A DNA stretch of 64,000 nt from Eledone cirrhosa (GCA_964016885.1 OZ024760.1:15748001-15812000); one strand, 5' to 3'. Counted from the first letter of the stretch, positions 1-13,505 are shown. Notes: a model not told the origin generated them from the letters alone. A program made the numbers and translations.

Positions 1-2319
1 ACAACAGAACAACCCGTCTAACCCATGCTAGCGTGGAAGAACGGATGTAAAACAGTGATGATGATGATGATGATATATACATACATAGATATACATATGC
101 ATGTGTTTTTATTGGCAGCATGACCCTCCCAAAGTATAACTATATATACATTTACACATACATATATATTTATATATATATATATATATACATATACACA
201 TACATATATATTTATATATATATATATATACATATACACATATATATATATATACATATACACATGTATATATATATATACATATACACATGTATATATA
301 TATAAATATATATATATATACACACATACATATATATTTATATATATATTTATATATATATATACATATACACATACATATATATTTATATATATACATA
401 CACACACATATATATATATATAATATAGCATGAGTACCGGTTGCATCTCAATGTGCTCAATAGGTATCATCATCATCATCATCACCATTTTACGTCTGTT
501 CTTCCATGCTAGCATGGGTTAGACGGGTTGTCCTGTTGTGAGCAGTGTCTGGTCGGCTGACCATGCCTTGCTCATACAGGAACTGATTCTGGCTTGATTT
601 CTACAGCTGGATGCCCTTCCTAACACCAACCACATTTACAGTGAGTGCTGGGTGCTTTTTTGCCATGGCACCTCCATGACCACTTTGCAGTGGGAGGGTG
701 TAGGGGCATATTGTCTATATGCTTCAGCTTCGGCTTGTACCCAGGTATATATATATGTATATATATATAGTCTCTCTGTTTTTGTTTTGTTATGCACACA
801 CACACACACTTGTGTATGTGTGTGTGTGTGAGAGTGTTTGTTTAGAAAATTGAATATTTAACTGAATTTTAATTTTTCCAGAAACAGATGAAGATTCTGG
901 AAAAACTTCTCAATGAACTTCGTCAACTCAGTCATCTTAGTGTTAATGGACAACAAGAGATACAACATAGAAAGGCTATTGTTAAATACCACTCATTCAA
1001 ATTAACCCTCATCAGTAAAATAAACCAGCGTGAAAAACGACCTGGTGTACTCATGAATTCACTCCCGGTAATGTGTGATTTCTGCCAAAATTTCAAGGAT
1101 CATGTTAATCATTCAAAAGAGAACTATATCTATAATTTGTGTGGCCTTAAATTAAATATAAATGGTTCCTTGTTTTGAAGTATGACAATCTTTAATGATC
1201 TCATATAGCAGCTAAAATGGGGTTCCTCTGAAGGGTCTTTGAAATAACACTACTCAATAGAGTGCATAACTTGGAAATCAGAACATCGCTCCAGGTAGGG
1301 CTCCTAACACTAGGGCACTAACTCGGGGATCTAGCCAGATCAATTAGTGATGGTTGCCATGAACAGGACTCTCTGGAAAGCATGTTTGAGGACACTGCCC
1401 CCATGACCCTCCCTGGAATATATGGCCGACAAAGAAGAAACTTATACCATTATTGGTATAATGGTATAAAAAATTGTTTTTCGTGTGAGATTTTAGTTTT
1501 ATTAATTATCTATTATATTTAGCAAGGTGTTTTTATTGGTCAGATGATATAAATCGCTATTTTATAGTAATACTACTCTTATTTGATTGACTGAGCAGAT
1601 GTTTGTAACCTTGTATACAATATATTTCGGATATACTCACATCTATATTCAAAACCTAAGAGATATGACTATACAGGGATGATGAACTGGTCATTTGAGA
1701 CAATGTTAATTGTTTCTATTTTTGGCACAAAGTCAGCAATTACTCCAGTGTATTACTGGTACTCTATTTTATCGACCCCATAAGAATGAAAGGCATAATA
1801 AACACAACTTAGATAATAGAAAAAAAATTAAAGTTTCTTCTTTGTCGCCCATATATTCCAAGGAGAGTCGTGGAGGCAGTGTCCTCAAACAAGCTTTCCA
1901 GTGGGTTCAGTTCGTAGCAACCATCGCCAATTTATCTGGCTAGATCCCCAAGAAAAACCAGCCAAGCTCATGTATCTTGCTCCAAGTCAAACCCTGGGTC
2001 TCTTGTCGGTTGGTTTTACCTGTAAAATCTGTCCAGTGATTCTTTCCTGATACATTCTAACTATATGCCCATAGTATTGGAGCTGTGATCTCTCATTTCG
2101 GAGAAGTAGGAGCCCTATCTGGAGCGATGTTCTGATTTCCAAGTTATTCACTCTATTGAGTAGTGTTACTTCAAAGACCCTTCAGAGGAACCCCATTTTG
2201 GCTGCTATATGAGATGGTTACAAAATATCATTAACGATTATAATAGCTGATGCTTTATGTCTGTTAAAGAATTTTATATATTGTTATTCATATAGAAAGA
2301 CAGTGTAGTTGAAAATTTA

Positions 2320-2770
2320 ATGATAGGCAGTGGAAACTTCCTGAAAAAAAAAGGTTTACAGAGACACTGCTACTGCAGACAACTTAATAAATGTCCTTTA
2401 AAGGGAAAATGTATGTATAAAAACATTGTTTACTCATGTGTGGTCAAAACCGAATTGGGGATATATAAATATGTGGATGCCACATCCAACTTTAAAAAAA
2501 AAAGATGGTATGTACACATCCATTCATTTAAAAATCCCGAAGTATGTAAATCCACTGCCCTAGCCAAACAAATCTGGGATTTTAAACTGGATAATATAAA
2601 GTACACATTTTCTTGGTCAGTGTTATGATTTGCCTGCACATACCAAAACAAAAGACGTTCCTGCAATCTTAGTGTGGTGGAAGTGTTAGAGATTGTGACT
2701 GGATTGGATCTGTTGAACTCTCAACACGATAGAATCTTCAACTGCCAACATAAGGCATTAAAAACTTTCA
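2320..2770 (+). mobile_element. Penelope-like element remnant, GIY-YIG endonuclease region (disrupted)
   Basis: CYCR...CPLKGKC...IVY...YV..T..FKKKRW..H..SF...STALAKQIW..K...WSVL, then LLNS...CQH; resembles the PLE GIY-YIG C-terminal pattern. Confidence 0.75.
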
Positions 2771-3038
2771 CTAAATATCACCCAGACAAGTCTGGCCAGT
2801 TGGCACATACTTTGCTTAAACAGAACTGTATTTTGGCTGTGTTTTTTTTCACAGCTGAATTCCCTTCCTAATATCAATCACATTTATATTCAAATTAAAT
2901 TTGTTATTCTAAAAAATGTTTATTCTCTGCAGATTTTATTAATGGTGAGGAGTGCACCATAATCTTTTAAGTTCTTAGGGCCTCAAAAAGACTTAATCCA
3001 GCCCTGATCTATACCATCATGAATACCCACTACACACC

Positions 3039-3181
3039 TTACTGTGTAAGAATTTCTGCCCCATGCCGAGTTACACAAATACAGTGTTCAAACTGGGCCG
3101 ATCTGCTGCCATCTTTTGTCACTGCAGTCCATCCGTCTGATAAAATTTTAATTTCTGGTGATCCATCACATACCACAGGTT
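3039..3181 (-). CDS. METAP1D: METAP1D exon 7 (terminal)
   Basis: [47 protein letters not shown]. Not in the ORF track; read by hand. Confidence 0.95.
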
Positions 3182-6100
3182 CTACAATAAATAGATAAAT
3201 AAATAAATATTAAATAACTTTATTATTTTTAAATAGATTAAAATCATTTAAAAAGAAAAACACCCAATCCAACAAAACAAAAAGAAAGACGGAAAAGGAT
3301 AAATTAAAAATACTGTCATCCTCATCCTCCAATAAAGTTTTTTTTTGTGTGTGGAGCGAGAGACCCCTAGTCTTCATTAAGACATCTCTATAGGAGAAGG
3401 TCACTCTGATATAAAACCTGAGACTCTGTTTGCACCCAATAATGTAGACCAGTTCTTCTTTTTGGGCAAATGCGTTTGATGTTCAGAGCGTGGGATTGGC
3501 CCCATGCAAAGCCTTTCTTCACTTAAAAAAGCTTCAAGCACAGGCATCGCTTGATATGTGACATTTTATGCAGTTGTCATCCTTCATACGCATCACATGT
3601 CCATACCAACGCAACCTCCTCCTGTTAGACACATGGAATTCAATACAATAAATTCTAATAAAATCACACCAAAGTACCAACTTACCAATTGTAAACACCA
3701 TGTTCTCTTTCATCCTTGTACTACAACCCAAATCTAAGTAACAAAAACAAAAGAAAAGAAAAAAAAGAAATGTCTTTAGGTGTTAATCAAGAAATACAAA
3801 CACATTGCTGGTGTCATGAAAAGAAATGTACTCGGTAGAGCATTGAACTGTATGTACTTTCAGGTCCCAAATAATAGGGTGGGTGGTTTGGATATTTGCT
3901 TAACCCTTTAGCATTTACATTACTCTATATATACTATTGTATTTTCATGGTAAAGGCTTTATCTAGCATAATTATTTTACATAATATCGAATCTATGAGA
4001 TTTTGATACTATATATTTTGAGAACAATACCTTAACATCAGTATGAGTGGCCAGTTACAGCTGATTTGAACAGAAAGAAGTGAGAGAATTTTGGCCGGAT
4101 ATGGCCTGTTTAAATGTTAAAGGGTTAAAAGGTAAATTGGTAATTGTATAGTGTACGTTTGTAAATATGAGATTTCTTGTAATGTTCTTTTTGTCATATA
4201 CAGGTAAAATTCCATTATAACGAAATTCTTTTCAATCTAGGCCACGCTTGATGTGTTTCTGTCAATCTCATTATAAAGAATTTTTCGTTACAACAAATTT
4301 TTTTCTAAACCCCGTGAATTTCATAACAGAATTTTACTGTATAATGTTTTTTTTAATGTAAAATAAAATTATTATTACTAGATTCTCTAGCTGCTCTATC
4401 AATATGAATCACTTACATTAAAATTTTGCTGGAGATAGACTAGCAAAATTTAATAAGCAGGGATGAGGTGGATGGGGTACGATTATTCAAGAGCTGAGTG
4501 TAAGCAAAATGCAGCCCACCCCAGTCCATCTGAGAGGTCAGTAGCCTCACTTGAGTACAGACTTTGTCTGTGAACACCTGTCCAACCCTAGCCAGCAAGG
4601 AAGATCGATGTTAAATGATGATGATGATATCACCATCATCATTTAAATGTTAATTAAGACACACATCGCCATCACCACCACCATCACAACCATCACAGCC
4701 ACCACCACCACTATCACGACTATCACAGTTATTACCAGGAAACTACTTCTGTATCAGTTCAACAAGGAAAACCTTTTATAATCTCTAGATTAGGGCGTAG
4801 GTATTAATATCTGATTAAGAAGTTATCCCTGCTAGCAAAGGTAGGGAAACATAATCATTTATGTACAGAAGTAAAACACTTTATCACTATATAGCCATCT
4901 TGTACAGAAGTAAAATACTTTATCACTATATAGCCATCTTGTACAGAAGTAAAACACTTTATCACTATATAGAGAGAAGACTGCGTTGGTATGGACATGT
5001 GATACGCAGGGAGGATGACCGTTGGGTAAAGAAGTGCCAAGAAGTCGCAGTAGAGGAAGACCACGAAAATCATGGGTGGAGGTGGTGAGAGTTGAGCTGA
5101 GATCGATGAAGATGACGAAGGACCATGATGAATGGAGAGATGCTGTGCTGAATAGGACCCGCCCCACCCTTGCAAGCAGGGAAAAGCGGACGTAAAATGA
5201 TGATGATAGCCATCTTGTACAAAAGTAAAACAACTTTATCACCATATAGCTATTATGTAGAGCAATGCCAGGTTTAGGACAAATGAGGCCTGGTGCTAGT
5301 TAAGTTATGAGGCCCCTTACTTGGGCCCTGAAGGAAGTAGGCCTACACAGGAAAATGGGTTGTTCCCCTGGCCAATGGGACCCTGTGTGTAAGCACAATG
5401 ATAAATCTGGCACTGATGTAGAGAAACAAAACATACTCACCAATATGGAATATATCTGGTAAACCATGAAAATATCGACCAATTCCATGACCACAGAGCT
5501 CAGGAATGACTTTATAACCAGCTTTTGTTACCACTTCACTAGAAAAGAATGGTAAAAGACAATAAAAAATCCACTCTTCCTTCTTACCATTTCACTAGAA
5601 AATAATGGTAAAAGACATCTTAACTCTTTTAATTCCAACCAACTTGAAACTTGCCCTGGTTCTATAATAGAAAACTTTGTTTTAACTTTTTAGCATTTAA
5701 ACCAACACTAGGGAAGTTCTTATGTCTTTGAAAGCTGAATGCCCTTCCTGGTAACAATCACACTACAGAGGATAGTGGGCGACACGGTCACCAGATTAAT
5801 CTTGCCTCAAGTGGGACAATTCCTGTCTAACTCATGCTAACGTGGAAGATAGACATTAAACGATGTTGATACATACACATATATATATATGCGTGTGTGT
5901 GTGAATACCATCATCATCTTCATTTAATATCCACTTTCCATGCTAGCATGGGTTAGATGGGTTGTCCCATTTGAGGCAGGTTGGATCAGGTGACCATGTC
6001 TTGCTCATATAGAACTGTTTCTGGCTAGATTTCTACAGCTGGCTGCTCTTCCATATATATAGATAGATACACATAGATCTATATATATAGATAGACAGAT

Positions 6101-6635
6101 ATAGACATCTATCTATCTATATATACACATACACACATTGGGTGTGTTTTATCATGGTACTGACACAAGGGGAGCTTGTCATGTCCTTGAAATAACTTAA
6201 GGGTTCTCTCAATCCTTTGTTTGGCATGGTTTTTATGGCTGTGTGCCTTTCCTAACACCAACCACATTGCTGAGTGTAACAATAACTTACTTAATCTTAT
6301 CCAATTTCTGAAAAGGGTACGCCATCTCTACAAACGTTGATGGCCTCCTGTAAACATCGCTGTGTTGTATCAATGAGATTTCTGCCATGTTCATCAACAT
6401 CACCAATAAGAAATGTTTCTGAAACATCGCCATGGAAACCATTCAGATAAACCTGTAGGATGAGGTTTAATGAGATGTACAGAGTTAGGGGGAAAAATAA
6501 GCATATGTATATATGTATATGTATGTATGACAATGAAGCATCAATAAGGGACTGCATTCATCTGTAAAGATGCTGCAACCCTCATGTACGTATGTATATT
6601 GAAGATAGAGTTCTCTTTCTCAAAAAGGTAGCCAA

Positions 6636-6671
<36 letters not shown>

Positions 6672-7197
6672 ATATATATAGAACTAGGATTTAGCTTCAA
6701 GCATAGCTGTATCATCATCATCATCACCGTTTTACGTCCGTTCTTCCACGCTAGCATGGGTTAGACGGGTTGTCCTGTTGTGTGCAGTGTCTGCTCGGCT
6801 GACCATGCCTTGCTCATACAGGAACTGATCTGGCTTGATTTCTACAGCTGGATGCCCTTCCTAACACCAACCTCATTTACAGTGAGTGCTGGGTGCTTTT
6901 TCGTGGCGCCTACACGTCCACTTTACAGTGTGGGCTGGGTGCTTTTTTGCCGTGGCACCTCCACGACCACCTTGCGGTGGGGGGTGTGGGGGCATATTGT
7001 TTATATGCTTCAGCATGTACCCATGGGAGGTCGGGTACTCTGTATTACTGCGTGACGCCAGAAGTCACGGTCGTGTGTCATTGTCTTTGAGAGGTGTAAT
7101 TGGGTAAGGTCGGCTTTTATCACCTCATCCCAGGTCATCTATACAGATATGTATAGAAATTTCGTATTTCTAAAGAAACGCGGTATGTTTACAGGTA

Positions 7198-7241
<44 letters not shown>

Positions 7242-10022
7242 AAGAAAAAACATGTAAATGAAATTTCATTTTTCTAATTGTATACATTCTGCTTGTGCAT
7301 CGTGTGGTCATATTGCTACAAATTTCATACTTGACCCAATATATATTAAACACACACACACACATATTCACATTCAAAGAGATAGACACAATAAAGTGAA
7401 GGAAAGTAAAAGTAAAAAAACTCCTACCGTAATATCAATGTTGATGATGTCACCATTTTTTAGGGGTCGAGAATCAGGGACTCCATGGCAGGCTACGTTG
7501 TTGACTGACGTACAAACTGACTTGGGGAAATTCTTGTAATGTAAAGGGGATGGATATGCGTTGTGTTCCAGGCAGAGGTGATGTGCAATTTTGTCAACCT
7601 CATCTGTCGTCATGCCAACCTGAAATAGTTAAGAAGTTCACAATCATTAAGGTCCCAGGTTTGATCTCACAACATTGAATCTTGGGGCAAAGGTCCTTTA
7701 CCACTGCCTTAGGTTGACCAATCGATTGCGAGTTTCACATGGAGTGTTACGTGACGAGACAAGTCAGGTCAGGTGACCATGTCTTGCTCTCGTAGGGATT
7801 TGTATTTTTGCTTGGTTTCTATGGCTGGATGTAGACTGAGTGTTTTTTTTTTTTATCATAGTACCAAAACGACTATCTAAGAGGGAGAAATGAGTAGAAT
7901 ATGCCCTTCAACTCCACCAGGAGTTACTGGTCAATATATACATAGATATATATAAGAAAAAACATAATTAAATACAGAAAAAATAAGTGTAAATAACTAA
8001 AAAACAAAACAAAACAAACAATGGTGGTGCTACAGCATGGCCTCAGCCATGTAATAGAGAAATAGAATAAACTTACTTTCAATTGTCCTGAGGTAAGGTT
8101 TAGAATCTTCCGTGCCAATCTGCAAGCATTTCTTATGGAGTTTATTTGTTCTTCAGAGTGGATTTCTATAAAATCAGGACAGGGGTCATTACCCTGGGAA
8201 GAGACATAGGGTGGTCGTTGTATGTGTGCTGGAACCAAACATGTTTTGGAGACCTTTTCTGGCACCACAGGTGCAAAGCTATGAGACACATACCTGGAAC
8301 TGAATCTCTTAATATGCAAGTTGGTGTATTTAAATGCCGACTTGAGGCCACACAGTACTTGATAAGATAAACCTAACATGGGGGGGTTAAGAAATAAAAG
8401 AAAGAAAGAAATGAATGAATAAAGACAAAGAAAATGTCAATCCTTTCATAGAATCACATAATTAAATAAGGTTTCCTTCCTTGTTCAAATTTGTTTCTTG
8501 TAGTATTAACCCCTTTTGGTAGGAATACACTAAATCTGCCCCTGATACTACAATACCATTTAGAAACTGCTATCTTTTACTTTGGTAACGGCACGGTTGT
8601 CCACCTCTTTCGCCATCCTTTTGTTGTATGTTGTCCCAGATGTAAGTGCTAACCGCTTCTGTGCTTTTTTTGTTTTCCCCTTTCCCTTTTCTTTATATTA
8701 TATTTGTTTGTGCTCTTGTTCTGTAAGCATTGTATTATTATATTTCTTCAAGGGCGGTGGATTGGAAGTATGCTTTGCAGCATAGAATTACGACTATTTT
8801 ACGGTCTGAGTTCAAATCCCACCAAGGTTAACTTTGCCTTTCATCCTTACGGGGTCGATAAAATAAAGAACCAGTAATGTACTGGGTTAATTGCTGGTCT
8901 TGTGTCAAAAGTAGAAACAATTATATTATTATATTTCTTTTTATACAACAGTGAATAAAAAATTGTGTGTATAATATATATATATATATATATCTATATA
9001 TACAAAAATTTAGAAACCAGTCAGAACTGTTTCTCTAATTCAAAAGGTCAACCTTGGCATACATTGTATTGTGTTAAATCTCACTGGCCATGTGCATATG
9101 TTTAAAATCATTATTATTGTTAGAAAGATTAGTGGTTGGTAGATCACCAAATATCACTATTTTCTCTTCCCATTCTTTTGTCCAACAACCCTTCTAGTGT
9201 TCAGCCCTCAAATTTGTATCCAATCCATTCTAGTGTCCAGCCCTCATGTGTTGTATCTGACCCCATATGTCGTGTCCCCCCATACAAGCCTCTATGACCA
9301 GAAACTTGCCACTCAGGGCTCCCCTCCTTACTAAAGTCTTTCCAAAAGGAGAGGACCCGCAACAATTTAAACAGAACATCAACGGTGTGGTATCAATCTT
9401 TTCAATATCGAAGGCGCTGGCTGTGAAGTCCATGGACACTGTCCCTTCCTCTAGATCTACCAAATAAAATCTGTTGCCATAGCAAATCGCCAATTCCCTG
9501 GGGTTTCCGTATCTTACACTGTCCATTATGTATGTGTATAAGATGGCTTAAAACATCAGGATGTTCTCTTCACGGCATTAACCCCTTTGATACCAAACCG
9601 TTCCTCATTCTATGATAAAACTGTTTATTTTAAAAGTTTTATCTAAAGAAAAACAACATTAGTTATGTTCCAAACGTCAGCTTAACAACAATGCTGTTAG
9701 TTACATTACTAAATACCTCAAAATTCTTGATTATTTTCGAAATTATTTGAAAATAATAGGCAGTGTCTTTTATTAGTAAAATCATAACAAACGGATTAAA
9801 TAATTTTTGCTCACGTTAAACTGCTACTAGTTTTTAAATTAGACTGTACATTTTAATTTTTAAATATTTAACATATTTTAAAGATCTTTCATGTAATGCA
9901 TAGCTATGTCTTTGGTCATTAAAGTCCTCGATATGCTGTCTGTCATGCATTTGCGTCAGATCTGTATATTATTTAAGCCGGGTTGACACCAGACTAAGTG
10001 TACGGAATACCTTACCTGACAT
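3039..10022 (-). CDS. METAP1D: Methionine aminopeptidase 1D (mitochondrial MetAP1-type), 7 coding exons; ~315 aa if a 2-nt lesion in exon 4 is repaired
   Basis: Exons: 10016-10022, 8077-8372, 7428-7619, 6291-6452, 5441-5538, 3686-3733, 3039-3181, all GT-AG. Motifs [67 protein letters not shown] are type-1 MetAP signatures. The N-terminus is a basic, presequence-like segment without the METAP1 zinc fingers. Confidence 0.93.
3686..3733 (-). CDS. METAP1D: METAP1D exon 6
   Basis: [16 protein letters not shown]; 48 nt, phase 1/1, GTAAGT donor. Confidence 0.9.
3900..4128. mobile_element. piggyBac-type MITE (TTAA target, CCCTTTAGCATTTA termini), representative copy
   Basis: ttaa-ccctttagcattta...taaatgttaaaggg-ttaa. 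Copies at ~14972-15513, 15919-16112, 16631-16828, 20050-20411, 20494/21063-21328, 22286-22414, 48884-49346. Confidence 0.85.
4972..5206 (+). mobile_element. RTE-like LINE 3' end with (TGA)n tail
   Basis: [13 protein letters not shown]...WVKKC, then gcggacgtaaaatgatgatg. Related tails at 1-75, 468-720(-), 3560-3620(-), 5810-5870, 5908-6050(-), 6713-7030(-). Confidence 0.7.
5441..5538 (-). CDS. METAP1D: METAP1D exon 5
   Basis: [32 protein letters not shown]; ttctag acceptor, GTGAGT donor. Confidence 0.93.
6291..6452 (-). CDS. METAP1D: METAP1D exon 4 (in-frame stop and frameshift in the last 12 nt as assembled)
   Basis: [20 protein letters not shown]...PFSEIG, then TAA GAT TAA|GTAAGT. Confidence 0.88.
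7428..7619 (-). CDS. METAP1D: METAP1D exon 3
   Basis: VGMTTDEVD...[44 protein letters not shown]; 192 nt, phase 0/0. Confidence 0.95.
8077..8372 (-). CDS. METAP1D: METAP1D exon 2
   Basis: [10 protein letters not shown]...[18 protein letters not shown]; pyrimidine tract plus AG; donor GTAAGT. Confidence 0.9.
10016..10022 (-). CDS. METAP1D: METAP1D coding exon 1 (ATG TCA G)
   Basis: ATGTCAG|GTAAGG strong donor; phase 1 matches the exon 2 acceptor (ttag|GT, giving GGT Gly). Confidence 0.65.
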
Positions 10023-10893
10023 GCCAAACAGATTCCTTCAGCCGATTAATTCTGTTGTTTATTAATATATATATATATATATATATAAATATAAAGAGAG
10101 GGTGAGAAGGGATTGGTTGACAGTAGCAGAATAATTTGATTTGAAAATCAAATCGAAAAATCGCATCAAAATTATATCGATTGATGCAGTTCCCCACAAG
10201 GTTAAGTTGAACGAAGGATGAAAATAATAAACATGAGGCATGGGAGATAATTACGGTGCTTCTTGTAAAAAGGAGCCTGTCAAAATATAGGCCGTATCAT
10301 TTCGTTGTTTTAGTCTAACAGAAAAGACGAGTGAGAATGTCTTGTATATTGACGAAAGTATGTTGGAGAATTTTCTCTCAGCAACACTAACAAACGTAAC
10401 ACATAATTTTACAAATTCAGAGCAATACAATTTGGGTAAATGTTTTTATTATTACGGTTGCAATGGTAAAATAAATAGATACATAAATGTTAAGGGTAAA
10501 ATAAATAGATACATAAATGTTAAGGGTAAAATAAATAGATACATAAATGTTAAGAATTTTGAAGGTGAAATTTTATGTTTTTTTGTATAATTTTTGATGT
10601 TTTGAACGAATATGGCCTTCAAAACCGTCGTAAATTATTCATGTTTTGTGGTTCTCTACCCCAGAACCCGTCTCGGAGACGTGTATAATAATGAGAATTT
10701 ACCGCAATTTTTATTAAATTACTAATTTGCTCTAAAAGATTACCCTGTTTTCCTTTCTGATATTACTTTCGTGTATGTCGTATAATTGACAAACTACAGA
10801 CAAACACACAGAAAGCAGAGAAGAGTAACCAAGAGGAGGTAATTTTCAATCGGGTTTTCTTTTAAGTTCTACTTCCGGTTTAATAAACTAGAA
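10023..10893. promoter_or_regulatory. Bidirectional promoter/5'UTR region METAP1D-RBM8A
   Basis: Divergent ATGs about 870 bp apart. ETS/GABP-like ACTTCCGG at 10871-10878 and YY1/TISU-like AAATGGCGG over the RBM8A ATG. No TE insertion recognised here. Confidence 0.65.
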
Positions 10894-10957
10894 ATGGCGG
10901 ATGTTTTAGATGTACAAGAACCGGCTGAAGAGTTTGAAGTCGATGAAGAAGGAGACC
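10894..10957 (+). CDS. RBM8A: RBM8A exon 1
   Basis: [21 protein letters not shown]; donor GTGAGT. Confidence 0.95.
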
Positions 10958-13454
10958 GTGAGTTATTTTTCCTATTTTCATCTTTTCTTTATCACTAATA
11001 TTATTATCGCTGCTATTATTGTTGACATCTGAGGCTTGAATGTTCGTCTGACATATAACTATTGCTAGTAGGCGACATGTGTGGATGCCGCGCTTAAAAT
11101 CGTGCAGATCGTTCTCGTCTATCGGTCCACAGACGTTTGCCACTCTTTTGGAAAGGAATTAAAGCCACAGCTTTATTTTATTCCCCTCTTCCCCGTGGAA
11201 TACTTCATCTGCACAACTTTATTATCGTATATAAACTTGGTAAAAAAAAAGTTTTACTTTGAACAGCGCTATTGTCTACGCATACCTTTAATATGTGTAT
11301 GTGTAGTTTGTAAAACATATCCCTATCATTACTTGTTAATGTTAAGATTAAATAATAAAAGGAAGACACTATGAGTTGCGGTCTGAGCTTAAAACAATTT
11401 GAAATCTTTTCCACCATCAATTGTTAAAAAAGTTAAAATCATTTAGTCGTCCATTCGTAACATACGTTACGCTTTAGTTACACACACACATCTACACGTA
11501 AATACATAAACAGATACAGACAACAGGAGGAAGGGGCTGGGGAAACGCTATAGCGATGTGTGTTGTGACCCTTTAGGATTTACCGGCTACATAGCCTATT
11601 CGAATAAAAATCCGGAGTCATGTGAAATTAGACCCCTCAAGCTGCCGGAAAGATTCTCTTGGAGATAAATTTCACGGCGTTACTATCGTATAGTAAATAT
11701 GTCTACACGAGTGAGACACCGTCACCCGATAAATCTTGCCTCAAGTGGGACTATTCCAGTCTAACGCGATGATGATGATTGCTTATTGAAACTGATGTTC
11801 AAACTTTTTGGATTTTAAACGAAAGATTTATTTTTTGGTTTTGTTTGCTTTCCTTCTGCAGGTTACTGTTGTTAAATTGAAAGGACCGGTAGTTGCACAT
11901 ATGTGTTATTTAAGTGCATTTCTATAAAGAGATCAATAATAAAAAGAGCAATTTATTAAAGGGAAGAAAAAGTGTACAATCTTTTGACTCATGTAAATCT
12001 TTTTAAATTAAAGTCCAATATTCAATTTATCTATAATATAATTTTAAACAAGTTAATTATTTCTTTGTGGCCCGGTAGCAAATGATCCATGGACCTGTAC
12101 CTGTCACTGGCCTGGTGGTTGGGGACTTCTGCTCTAAGTGAAAAGGAAACTGCCCTTAACTCCTGTTGGAGATGCAAGGGCGCTGTTATGAGACACCGAA
12201 AGCTACTAAATCAATTAAACTTTCAAATTTCAATTCCCACCATCTTCTAAATACATGTGATTGTTTACAGTTTTAATAATAATTATTTTGTTATTTTCTC
12301 TTTGCAGAAGGACTCCAAAAACTAAAAGAAAAAGCTAAGAAAAGGAAAGGAAGAGGTTTTGGAGCAGGTCAGTGGATAATTGTTGTGTTGTATTATTATG
12401 TACAATTTAAAATACTTTGAAGGGAAATAACATCTTCACCCATTAGTACAGAGGTTCTCAAACTTTTTAACCCACTGCTCCCCTCACGTCCACGTAATAC
12501 CCTCAGTGCCGCCGAACCCTATTTCCAGAGAGACCTGCCTATACATAATAAATAAAATCGTTATATATATATTTTTTTTTATTAAATATATATTTTTTAT
12601 TTTACTATGTTTATATATATATAATATGTATCATTTGATATTTAATATGCTATTATATCATCCCTATTACCCCCTTAGGCCACAGCGCCCCCAGGACCTT
12701 GTTAATGCTCCCCCGGGTGGTAGTATTGCCCACTTTGAGAACCTCTGCTTTTGCATTTAAACCAGCCACAATTAGTAGTAGTAGTAACCCCTATATATGT
12801 GGTGAAAGATATCCTGTCTAATATTTCAGATGGCCAGACTAAAAGTGGTGTGGAGGACTATGAGGTTATGGATGTTGATGATGATGGTGGCCCTGGTCCT
12901 CAGCGCTGTAAGTACCCTTCTTTCATCTCTCCTTTTTCTTGTCTCCATCTGTAGACTATGGCCATGCTGGGGCACTATCATAATGGTTTAGTCAATCATA
13001 TTGACCCCTGTACTGTTTTTATTTTTTTTTTTCTTCTTTTTTTTCCAAGTCTTGTACATATTTTGTCAATTTCTTTTTTGTTGTTGAACTGTTGGGTCTT
13101 CTTTCATGTCCACATGTGTCGACTATAAATCTTGGCTAGATGTGGTTCTGCCAGGGCTGACCATATTGTTCTCCTTTCTCATTAAACTCTGCCAAGTCCA
13201 ATGCTGTGCAGGACTGTTCCAGCAGGGGCCATATCAGGAGGTGCTGCTTAGTCTGTGGTTCAATGCTGCAGCCACATACAACGTCCCCGTCCTTTAAATA
13301 TCCCCATTTTGCCAGATTAGCTTTTGCATGACCAACACCCGATCTTAATATCTTAATGTGTTGAGGTATTTCCACACTGCATAGTTTGTATCTGTGAAAC
13401 GTTCGTAACTGAGCTTAATCAATAAAAACCTCAACGTGAAACCTTATTTTGTCC

Positions 13455-13505
<51 letters not shown>

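Noticed and set aside
888-1178. 96-aa ORF preceded by an acceptor-like site
   Set aside because: No recognisable motif and no partner exons; left unannotated.
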